64,000 nt of DNA from Octopus sinensis. Lineage: Eukaryota. Location of the stretch: the NCBI RefSeq assembly GCF_006345805.1, contig NC_043000.1, positions 73,284,001 to 73,348,000 on the forward strand, in the 5' to 3' direction. Positions 39,300-50,271 of this stretch are shown one piece after another. The number at the start of each line of letters is the position of its first letter. Positions within the stretch are counted from its first letter, which is position 1. Made by a program: the position numbers and the translations under genes. Below the pieces are notes generated by a model. It saw nothing but the letters and a program-made list of their open reading frames with translations. It was not told the DNA's origin and searched no databases.

Positions 39300-39400
39300 T
39301 CCTAAAATTGGAGTGACATGCGTACAAATTTGTGGACATGCATAAATTACATTCATACACACACACACACATACACATCCTGCCTTTTATAGATATAGAT
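39300..39400 (+). mobile_element. Helentron/HINE-like 3' end ((CA)n-ATCCTGCCTTTTATAGATATAGAT)
   Basis: Subterminal microsatellite followed by TTTTATA..TAGAT, as in DINE-1/Lep1-type elements. Recognised from memory. Confidence 0.45.
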
Positions 39401-40039
39401 ATGTATATATATATTCCATACTGTATGTTATTGTAAAGTTAAGAAATCCAGTTGTCTAATTCTGTTTACTGTTGCTCTAAATCTCGAAAGTTCCAGCCCT
39501 TCATTTGTTTTTGATTTTTTACCTGCTATCTTATCCAAATGTTCACCCTTTATACATCTATGTAAAAGGTGAGCTTTTTCGAATTGCATCTCCGTACGTG
39601 TTTATTCGGAATAAAATTCAGCACTGAATATGCTCTGGTTAAATTTACAATTTAAAAATAGGATAAAATCTTTATAAGAATTTATCAAGTAGTTAGCATG
39701 AAACAATTCTATATGCTACGCTGGATACATTGGGTGTTCGTCTGGTATATTGATTTTTGTTCATTTTTTTATAAATCTTGAATTATGCTTGCACTGAGGA
39801 TTAAAAAGTGCATTTGTGTACTCATTATGAAATCATATGATATGCAGCTGAATTCTGATTTTAAGAGGCTCGCTTCGAGAGTTGTATTCCCTTGCATTCG
39901 GTACTATGTGTTTGTTTATTTTGGTAGTTTTGACTTTAAGAGTCCCTCCTAGCATGTGGCATTTATGTATAGTAATGCCCACAATATATATATAAATATA
40001 TGTATCTATATGTATCAGCGATGGTCTTCCTCGGTCACG

Positions 40040-40122
40040 AGTGAATGGCCTTCATACGTATGTATGTATGTATATGTGTCTGTGTGTGTGTGTGTGTATT
40101 TATATATATATGTGTGTGTGTG

Positions 40123-40153
<31 letters not shown>

Positions 40154-41050
40154 GTGTGTTCATATATATATATATATATATATATATGACAACCTGTAAA
40201 TTACGTCCCTGTAAATTAGCAGTTCAGCAAAAAAGACCGATACAATAAGTACTAGGCTTTGCATGGCCGCAGTTAAATGACTGAAACAAATAAAAGAATA
40301 AAAGAAATCTAAATAGCAGTGGACGACACTCACATTTTCAATCGTTGAAGAGAACAACCCTCAGAGGTAAACTACCATTTCATTAACCACTTTGCCCCAC
40401 AATGTACATGTGAACTTAAATACTTGAGTAGTCTAGATATGTATACATGTGTGTGTGTGTGTGTGTGTGTGCATGTGTATGTAGGCATATGTAAATATAC
40501 GGGTGTGATACATGTATGTGTGCATACATGTATGTATACATGTGTGTGGATATATGTGTATACATATGTATATGCACACACATATCCATGCATGTGTATT
40601 TTTTCTGCTTCTTATGTGCCCATATATTTGTGCATGCATCCATCATCGTTGTCATTGTTTGGCATCCACATGGAAAGCAGACGTTGGGTGGTGATAGTGG
40701 TGGTAGTGGGTACGAGTGCAGAGGTGTGGAGACATGTGAGCTGGAGGAGATATTTATGTGTGGGTGTGTGTATGTGTGTATGTATGTATATACATGTGTG
40801 TGTCGGTATGTATGTATATATTTGTATGTGTATACATATAGGTTTATATATATATGTATGTGTATGCATATGTATATGTGTGTATGTATATATATATGCA
40901 TGTGTATGGATGTGTGTATATGTATGAATATATCCGTGCATGTGTGTGTATATATATGTATATGTGTGCGTGTATATATATATGTGTGTGTGTAGATAAA
41001 TATATGTGTATTTATTAATATGTGCATATGTGTATATATATGTGTGTGAT
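40040..41050. repeat. Compound (TG)n/(TA)n/(TATG)n microsatellite field with SINE and RTE tail scraps
   Basis: Read directly; SINE tail at ~40200-40310, RTE end CATGGAAAGCAGACGTT at ~40670. Confidence 0.9.
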
Positions 41051-42219
41051 TTTTCTACATGTAATAACTTAAGAATCTTAACATGCATTTTTCATTGTAA
41101 TCCACATTTTTTTCCAGGCAGTGCAATCAAACTTCTAAATATTCTTTTGCTAAAAAATATTTTAATTATTTTTCATTGTTGATGATTGAATTAAAATAAG
41201 AATTTTATGTTGTGTGTTTTAATTTTCACATATTTTTTTCTTAAATTCTAAAAATAAAAACAAGTTTTCTGGACAGGGTTTCGTTGTATAATATAAAATA
41301 AAAATGACTTAAAAAATGCCAAAATAGCCAATGCATCCACTGTAAGGCACGAGGAGCCACCTGCCCTTTTGCTTTTTCTGAACAGCATTACTAGAAGCCT
41401 TCAGGTCTGCCCCTTGAAAGAAACAATAACAATATTGTATCATTAAATTTTGAGGAATAAAATTCTTTTTAATGAAGTTTTCATACATATGCTAAAATTC
41501 CATATTATAATCCAATTTTCATAAACCAGTTTAAAACTCCAATTTATATAAATGAAATATAACCTACTTTCCATAAACCGATTTCAAGCTTATCTATAAA
41601 AGATACAAAAAGTTTATTAAAAAATTTACTTTTTCAAAAATGTTTTTAAGATTTTTCTTTTTAAATTCATGAGCAATATTTATATTTAACTTTTGATTTA
41701 AGGCTGTAATTTTCTAGTTTTCAATTTTTTTTTTATGGAATTGAAAATGTGAAATTTTTCTATTCTTTTTCTTTAATATTTGTTTTGATTTTTTTTCCTT
41801 TCTTCATTCAATTCAGTCCCCACCCCTGCCATATTATTTATTTTTCCTTCGGTATTATTATTAGGCCCTGTATTCAAGTCAACCCCACCCCATAAAGAGA
41901 AACATCAAATTTAAAGCATGCAAGCAATATTTGCTTGTTTTGTGTTAATTAAATTAAACTCACCTGTATATTTATTTCCTTTAAAATTAACAATTTTTAG
42001 GATAATGAGAAATGTAATTATAATTGTAAAAAATATTAGATCCTATATCTTCACTGTATATAAAATTTTTATATTGAAACAAAGTGCATAATATGAACAC
42101 ACCAAAAAAAAAAAAAGTGTGAAAATTCATTATGAAAGATAATAATTTTCTGTATAATAGTGAATATTAATATAATACTAATTTTATTATAAAATCAAAA
42201 AATAAATGAGCTATATCTA

Positions 42220-43445
42220 CAGGGTACATAAGGTATTTGAGGACATACCTTTTTTGCTGCATTTTTTGCTAACTCTGTATAATCTTTGTTTCAGAAAATA
42301 ATAATGGCAGACTCTCAGCTTACTCAAGAAATGAAGAGGCATGCTGTTATTGTGGTTATAAAGACTGAGCATAGCAATTTAGAAATATCGTGATTTTTAA
42401 AAGTTGCCAGGTTTTTCTTCTACAAAGTTTGTAAGGAGCTAGAGACTGAAGACGGAAATGTATCACCAGTATCAAAGCATTCTAAATGCTCTGAAATCAT
42501 TAGAACACCTGAATTTATCTAGCAAGTTCAACAGACCATTGATTACAATCCCAGAAAGTCTTTGAGGTCAATTGTAAAAGATCTCCATGTGTCAGAAGGA
42601 ACGGTCAGAAGCGTTGTCTGCAAAGACATCAGATATAAGTCTTAAATTATGAGGATATGTCAATTTGCCAGAAAAAGCAAAAGAAAATCACTACATTAGA
42701 TCTAATAGGCTCTTAAGCAAACTGAAAAATCCAGCCGAAGAAGATTTGATTTGGTTTTTCTCAAACGAGAAAAACTTCAACCAGGATCTAAAAGTTAACA
42801 GAAGAAATGGCAGATGGTTATATGCAGACCCTTCTGAAGTTCCTAGTGTTATGCATACAAAATTTCCTGCAACTGTCATGGTTTTAGGGGTTGTCAGCAA
42901 TGAAGGACATGTGATGCCTCCTTACTTCTTTCCACAAGGCCTTAGAGTTAACTCTGCCACCAACATTGAGGTCCTGGAAATAATTGTTAAGCCCTGGATA
43001 GACAGTGTATGCAATGGAAGGCCATATGTGTTTTAGTAAGACTCTGCACTATCGCACATGGCTCCAGTAACACAGGAATGGATGTTTGAAAATTTTCATG
43101 ATCACATAACCCTGAACATTTGGCCTCCTAATTCTCCAGATCTCAATCCATTGGACTATTACATGTGGAGCAATTTTGAGAGAGAAGTCAATGAACACAC
43201 CCATAACACCAAAGATTCTTTGAAAGCTGCCATAGTCAGAGTAATGTCCAAATGCATGTAGATGATTTAGATCTCATATAGAAGCAGTTGTTGAAGCTGA
43301 AGGTGGCTTTTATTGAATAACATTATAGAAAAGAAGGTTTATTTTTATCCTCATAGCATTTTTTGATAAATAAAGTTATCTTTTATTATGTATATATGTT
43401 TTTTTTATAAACATAAATCTGTCCTCAAATATCTTACACACTCTG
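42220..43445 (+). mobile_element. Full-length degenerate maT-type (DD37D-like) transposon, 1226 bp, TA TSD
   Basis: TIRs CAGGGTACATAAGGTATTTGAGGACA and reverse complement CAGAGTGTGTAAGATATTTGAGGACA. Motifs WFFSNEKNF, VMVLGVVSNEG, WPPNSPDLNPLDYYMW; stops present. Confidence 0.92.
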
Positions 43446-44278
43446 TATATATAGTAAGAAGAGGTATGAGAATATATTAACTATATAGTAAGAAGATAAT
43501 CTGATCATATGAATAGTAAAACCATGGCTAATATAAAATTTTTTAAAATGTAAAAATAGCCAATGCATCCACTGTAAGGCAGGAGGAGCCACTTACCCTT
43601 GTTAGGGCAAAGTTAGTTTGTTAGTCAAAATCAGTGCAAAATAAAAATAAAGTCTGCAATTCAGCTACTGTTCTTGCCTGAAAATAAAAATCCTGCTACT
43701 CTGAAAATCCAATCATACTATGTTAAAGCAAAAACCTTGTCAATTTACCCTAAGAAATAATAATCTAAATTCTGCTGCTCATAATATTGCATTAAAGTTT
43801 AAAAGCAAACAAAAAAACTTATTAAAACTTCAGAAGTTCTAGCAACTTAAGCCGTCGTAATGTTTTGCTTTCATTTGTTTAATAAAAATTCCTCCTCATA
43901 TAATGAGTCTGCTTTCATTTTGTGATAGACAATTATCATTCAAAAAATGCCAGCTTCTCAATCCTGTTTTTTTATTAGGTTAAAATGATTAAGCTTTGAA
44001 CCACAGTAACATTTTTCTGCAATAAGTATGTATGTATGGTGGTATATGTACATATGTGCGTGTGTGTCTGTGTGTTAGTGTTTATTTATAATAGACAGCA
44101 GAAAAGAATTCACTTGTCCTCAATTTTTGTCAACTTACCCCCTCTCTCCTTAAAGCTATGTTTTTATCACACTCACCTTTGTTTCCCTTCATGGGCATTT
44201 TAAACGTTACTTATGTGTATGTGCATTGTGTGTGTGTTTATGAAAGTATGTATACAGCATTGTGTGTATATGCCTGAA

Positions 44279-46190
44279 GTCAATTTCAGGCATTATTCTC
44301 TTGTTTTTGACCTCACTTATTTGAAATCTCAACTTCTTTTTCTACTGAACCAAATTTCAAATTTTGTAGCTCAAAATGTAGTTTAGGTGATAACCAATCT
44401 AAAAAATGTATAAACATCATCAAATTTGGTAAAAAAAACTGAATTAGTAACAAAGAGAATATTATCCATGCACTGCCATGTGCAAATGATCTTTATTACA
44501 ATATAGTGTATTCTATGAATATGAGCTAGATCTTTGCAAGATGCCTAAATACTGAAATGAATCAAACATTTTGCAGTATTAGTTTCCAATTTTAGCAGAA
44601 GGCCATCAAATCCGGAGGGGAAAGAAGTGGATTACAATGACCTCAGTGCTAGGCTGATATTCATGTTATCAAGTACTGAAAAGATAAAAGGCAAAGACGA
44701 CCTTGGTGGAATGTGAAATCAGAATGTAGGAACAGACAAAATGCTGCAAAGCTTTCACCCTGCCCATTAATGACTCTGCCAACTCATCTTAGTACTGTAA
44801 TAAGTAATAATATTACTTGAAAATTGTTTTACATACTTTTGGCACATTTAGCTTATACAGTAACTTTTTTTTCATTTTGAATATTTTTTGAAAAGATTAG
44901 CACCATGGCACTCATCTTGATGAATTCTATCATATGAGCTAATCAAAAACAAAATTTTTACACAGAAACAAAACTTGTTTTGAATTTGCTTTTAGGCATC
45001 ACCACTGTCTTTGGCACATTTAGTCCCAGTAATTAGTCGAGATCTATTAGAAAAGTTATATTTAGATATAGATTTCTTTTGAAAAAAGAACAATATTTGG
45101 AGTCAAAGTCGATTTCAGGTGTTAATCTCCTTTTTTTTCTTCTACTAAATACTTTTGCATATAACTAACATGGATAGATTCCTGTTGTCGAGATTTATCA
45201 TATAAGCTAAAATAAAATATAAATTTTTTTTTAAATTTGGACTCAGTCAATTTCTTCTGTTTGTGACCTCACATATTTGACTTAAACTTTTTTCTATTGG
45301 ACCAATTTTCAAAGTTTTTAGCTCTAAATGTAGCTTATGATGTAACCAATCTAAAAATGTAAACATCATCTAATTTAATTAAAAACTGAGTTAGTGACAA
45401 AGCCTAGAAGTGGTCATAAGTGAGTAAATGTTGACACACACAGTGGTGTGTGAATATTTTTTGAAAAAATTAGCACACACAGTAGTGTGTGAATATTTTT
45501 TGAAAAGATTAGCACCACGACACTCATCTTCATGAGTTCTATCATATGAGATAAAAAACAAAATGTTTAGGTTTTGAATTTGGTTTTAGGTGTTACCACT
45601 TTTTCAGCACATTTGGCCCCAGTAGTTTTTTTATTAAAAATGTTGTTTTTATATAATTGGAATCATCGGATTCCTCTATTAGAGATCTATCAGAAAAGAT
45701 GAATTTAGATATAGTTTTCTTTTGAAATAAGAATAATATTTGGAGTCAAAGTTGGTTTCAGGCATTAAGCTCCCTTTTCTTTTGCTGGTTTTTACCTCAG
45801 TACTTTTTTTCTACTGGATATTTTTGCATATAACATGGATAATTCTTCTTGCTGAGATCTATCATATAAGCAAAAATAAAATATAGATTTATTTTTAAAA
45901 AGATATTTGCACACAAAGTCAATTTCAGGCATTAATCTCCCGTTTTCAACCTCACATACTTTACTGAAACTTTTATTCTACCAAAACAATTTTCAAATTT
46001 GGTTGCTGAAAATGTAGCTTAAGATGTAACCAATCTAAAAATGTAAACATCATCTAATTTGGTTAAAAACTGAGTTAGTGACAAAGTCTAGAAGTGGTCA
46101 TAAGTGAGTTGACCTTAAAAATATTATTCACACATGGTAGTGTGTGAATGACTGACATTATGAATGTTATTCACACACTACTGTGTGAAT
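44279..46190 (+). repeat. Tandem ~620-bp AT-rich units (44878-45425, 45490-46110; partial 44279-44460) with TTCACAC..GTGTGAA hairpins
   Basis: Shared blocks GAAAAGATTAGCACC, ATATTTGGAGTCAAAG and GTAACCAATCTAAAAATGTAAACATCATC recur in the same order. Confidence 0.75.
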
Positions 46191-46374
46191 GATATTTCAA
46201 AAATTTAACATAACAAACGGAAATATTACAAAAATATAACAAATAGAAAATTTGTAGCTTATTCCACATCAGTCAACATCTAAAAGATCATTACAATTTT
46301 GCACCTTTAACTTTGATATTGTTCCATTTTGGTGGTGCCAGTGGCAAAAAGCTATTGAGACTACCTATACATAT

Positions 46375-46736
46375 AGACACAGGAGTGGCTGTGGGGTAAG
46401 TAGCTTGCTTACAAACAACATGGTTCTTGGTTCAGTCCAACTGTGTAGTACCTTAAGCAAGTGTCTTCTACTATAGCATTGGGCTGACCAAAGCCTTGTG
46501 AGTGGATTTGGTAGATGGAAACTGAAGGAAGTCCATTGCATATATGTGTGTGTGTGTTTTGTGTCTGTTTGTCCCCTCAGCATCACTTGACAACTGACGC
46601 TGGTATGTCTATGTCCCTGTAACTTAGCGGTTTGGCATAAGAGACTGGTAGAATAAGTACTAGGCTTACAAAGAATACGTTCTGGAGTCAATTGCTTGAC
46701 TAATGACGGTGCTCTAGCATGGCCACAGTCAAATGA
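46375..46736 (+). mobile_element. Full-length tRNA-derived SINE (family of 5256-5702)
   Basis: Head, body, internal (TG)n and tail are all present. Confidence 0.88.
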
Positions 46737-46764
46737 AAGAATATAATTATATATATATATATAT

Positions 46765-46975
46765 GTGACCGTGTGTGTACCATTGGCAATTTTTTTCCTC
46801 CGTCTTCCCTTCTCTGGATCTTTCCTTTTCATATGTTTCTGACAAAGAGCTCCGCTCGAAATGTTAAACTCTCCTTCTTCTCTCCCTTCCTGAACGTCCA
46901 ATAATACTATATTCGTTCCACGTCCTCGCGTTGTTGTGTTTTCTCTTTGTGTTTTCATGTTTGGATTAACTATAT
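46765..46975 (+). mobile_element. Penelope-like terminal-repeat fragment with a degenerate minimal hammerhead (46835-46869)
   Basis: GTTT-CTGACAA-A-GAGC-TCC-GCTC-GAAA-TG-TT-AAAC, between (TA)n tracts. Confidence 0.55.
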
Positions 46976-46983
46976 ATATATAT

Positions 46984-47015
<32 letters not shown>

Positions 47016-47339
47016 GAAATTTTGAAACATAGGAATAATATAAACTTATTGAATAACCGTTTTGATCTAGGAATTATCCTGCATACACTGTGCCACCCGT
47101 ACTTTTACATATTTTAAATAATAGCATTCTGGCTATTCCTAAATTTCAAATCTTAATGTTTTGTAACTAAATAAGAAAATTATATACCCTACTAGTTTTA
47201 TTTAACCTGCATGGATTATTAAGAAATTTAATAATATGAATAAATTGAATAAAGTGGAATATTCTTTTAAAATTTTCTAATTTTCTATAACTATTGCATA
47301 AATTGATATATATATATATATAAGTATATGTATAAATAG

Positions 47340-48605
47340 TGTGGGTTTTTTCAATTGCGTGGACTAAAAGTCAGAAGGTTATGAGATAAACTGCCTGCAT
47401 CAACTTTCTATAAAAGCAGGTAGTAATTTTACCTTGTATTTATTCTGAGTGCAAGTTTTGAAGAGTGAATTTCGATTTTAACAGCTATTTTTTCAAAACT
47501 GTAATGGAAGTGACAAAGGAACATATTCAGCAGATTTTGTTTTATGAGATCAATAGAGGCAACAATGCAATGGAAAATGTGAGGAATATTAATGCAGTGT
47601 ATGGGGATCAGACAATAAGCTTAAGCCAGTGTCAACGGTGGTTCCAGAAATTCCGAGCCAGGAACTACAGCCTAGAAGACAAGCCTTGTCCTGGAAAATC
47701 TGTAGTCCTCAACAAGGACATCCTGCAAACCCTAGTGGAATAAAATCCCATCGTAACTGTTGAGGAACTAGCAAAGAGGCTTATATTTGGTCATTCAACC
47801 ATTCATCGACATCTGCATGCCATTGGAAAAGTCAACAAGTTGGGTCAATAGGTTCCACACAAACTTTCCGAGTCTAATTGTGCACAGAGAGTGAATGTAT
47901 ACTCTTCTTTGCTGCCACATCTCATGAATGAACCTTTTTTGGAAAGAATAGTGACTGGTGATGAGAAATGAGTTCTCTATAAAAATGTCAAGTGCTGAAG
48001 ACAGTGGATAGGGAAAGGAGAAATACCGAAATCCCAGGCTAAAGAAGGTCTTCACCCACATAAGGTGTTGTTATCTGTTTGGTGGGATATAAAAGGTTTT
48101 GTCCACTTTGAACTTTTAAACCCAAACCAAATGAAAACAAAGGAGATCTACTGCAACCAGTTTGAGTGGCTTAAGTTAGTGCTAGAAGAAAAACAACCAT
48201 CTTTAGTTTCAAGATGAAAGATGTTCTTCCATCAGGATAATGCTTAGCTACATACAGTGAGGATGACTTTCTAAAAGATGGAGCAGTTTGAATGGGAAAT
48301 GATGTCCCACTCACCATATTCACCAGACATTGCCCCATCTGATTATCATTTATTCTGCAGTCTTCAAAATCATTTGGATGGGAAATATATGAACTCTGTA
48401 GATAAGGTCAGAACAGTACTGAAGGAGTATTTTTCATCACAGACAAGTGAATTTTGGAAGAGGGGCCTTGCAAGTCTACCAGATAGATGGAAGAGCTTAA
48501 TAGAAAATGAAGGAGAGTATATTTTAGATTAAAAAAGAACTTTGCTTATCTTAATTTTGAAAAATAAAAGTATAGAAAAGCTGCATTATTTATGGGATGA
48601 CCAAA
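47340..48605 (+). mobile_element. Near full-length degenerate mariner (DD34D)
   Basis: Transposase ~47503-48532 with IVTGDEK, FHQDNA, HSPYSPDIAPSDYHLF; 3' TIR GCATTATTTATGGGATGACCAAATA. Confidence 0.92.
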
Positions 48606-48724
48606 TATATCATTTGTGCAGGTCATTCCACAAAAGCTGAATGTTTATATGTTGTCTTCGATGAGAGAGTCCATCATATGTGTGTGTGTGTGTGTGTGTG
48701 CACGCATGCGTGTGTGTGTGTGCA

Positions 48725-48758
<34 letters not shown>

Positions 48759-48929
48759 CATGAATATAACAAAACAGGAAAGTAGGAACTTTTTGTATTA
48801 TTTATTTTCCATTGCATGTGTTTCATTTGCTAATAGGGATTACAAAGAATTATGTGTTATATAGACATGTAAGTGAATTTCCTATTAGAAATCTTCAGAC
48901 AAAGAAAAGGTATATAACTGCCATGAAAT

Positions 48930-49190
48930 AATGGTTGTCAGAGAAAGTAGTGTTGTATGTGGAAGATGCACAGGACTCATAAAAATTACAGATACTCAGG
49001 AAATTGATTTTCTCAAATGCTCCAGAGCCTCTTTAGAGGTAGTGGATAATTTCTGCTACCTAAAGGACCTAATTAGCTGGTGGGTGGGGTGGATTTATGG
49101 AAAGTGCAATAGCTAGCAGAGAAAATTCAGAGAACTTTTACCTTTGTTAGCAACTAAAGGTCTCTCCATCTGAGAGAAGACTGCTAGAAA
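48930..49190 (+). mobile_element. RTE C-terminal fragment
   Basis: VVCGRCTG...LEVVDNFCYL matches RTE 35590-35830. Confidence 0.75.
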
Positions 49191-49827
49191 AAATCTTTTC
49201 TGACCTGACAGTCTAATGGCACAATTTAGTCAATGTTGTTGATGTGTTTTAGTTAATACAGTTTTAATTAAGTCTGTCCAGAGTTGCTTTCTTCAATATT
49301 TCCCATTAATAACAGCGAAAGAGCTGGAAATATGTCTGGAAATTCGACAGTGGGCAGTAGTCTATGCCACACTATGGCAAAGATATCTTTGACCATATGT
49401 TTGCTCTAGGACAGTTTATCTGGAACTAAACAAAAGTGTCAAAAACTGGAATCGCAAAAATAATAAATTAATATAAAAGTATTACTGAAATTTAAGCATT
49501 TCAGTTTGTTAGTCCATCTGAGACAGGAATAAGAAATAGCTAATCTGCAGTAACTTACAATGTCATGTTCTGAATCAAAAGCTACTCAAATCAATTTGTG
49601 TCCAATGCCCAAACCATTTGATCCCTTACTTTTAATATATTTATGTACTATAATTTTATTCTAATGTTTGATCAGATTTTGTTAACTGAAACTTGAATGC
49701 TTGTTTTGCCCCGAAGAATTATTTTTTCCAAAACCCAACTTAAGTCATCCTAACTGTGAAATAATAAAAAAAGTATATTTTCAAGAGTTAATGGCTAAAT
49801 CTGATTGATAAATATATTTATTTTCAG

Positions 49828-49959
49828 GAAAATCATGGCAACTATTACTGAATAGTAAAATGAGCACATCCCAGACCACATTTCAACTGAAGTATAAAAT
49901 AAAACCAAGATATAAAATTTGGCATGCTTTTGGAAATATGATTATTATTTATAATTCTG
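49828..49959 (+). CDS. CUB-TM gene exon I: CUB3 C-terminal (KSWQLLLNSK...FGNMIIIYNS)
   Basis: Acceptor atatttattttcag, donor gtgagt; 132 nt open, phase 1 to 1; completes YDG of exon H. Confidence 0.75.
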
Positions 49960-50271
49960 GTGAGTTGATCTGGCACTTCAGAAAGGTGTAAGTTATGTCT
50001 TGGCATCATATTGATTTTTTTAATTCTTTAACTGGTTTCAAATTTTGAACTCTGATTATGCTTGAGCATCATGTTCAAGGACTTTTATTTAATCAATGAT
50101 ATCTACCTCAGTACTTAGACTGGTATTCATTTTATTGGTCTTTGTTGAATGACTAAGTTTGTTTTAGCATAAAGGGATGTAACAGAACAAGGTATATTTG
50201 TCTGATGCACCAATTTACACTAGTATAAAGATGCACACATGTATATTCATACAATAACTTCCACTCAGTTT

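Noticed and set aside
41321-43680. Minus-strand exons or a microexon next to the 48-bp repeats
   Set aside because: One candidate has stops in all frames, the other needs a GC donor, and no other antisense exons were found.
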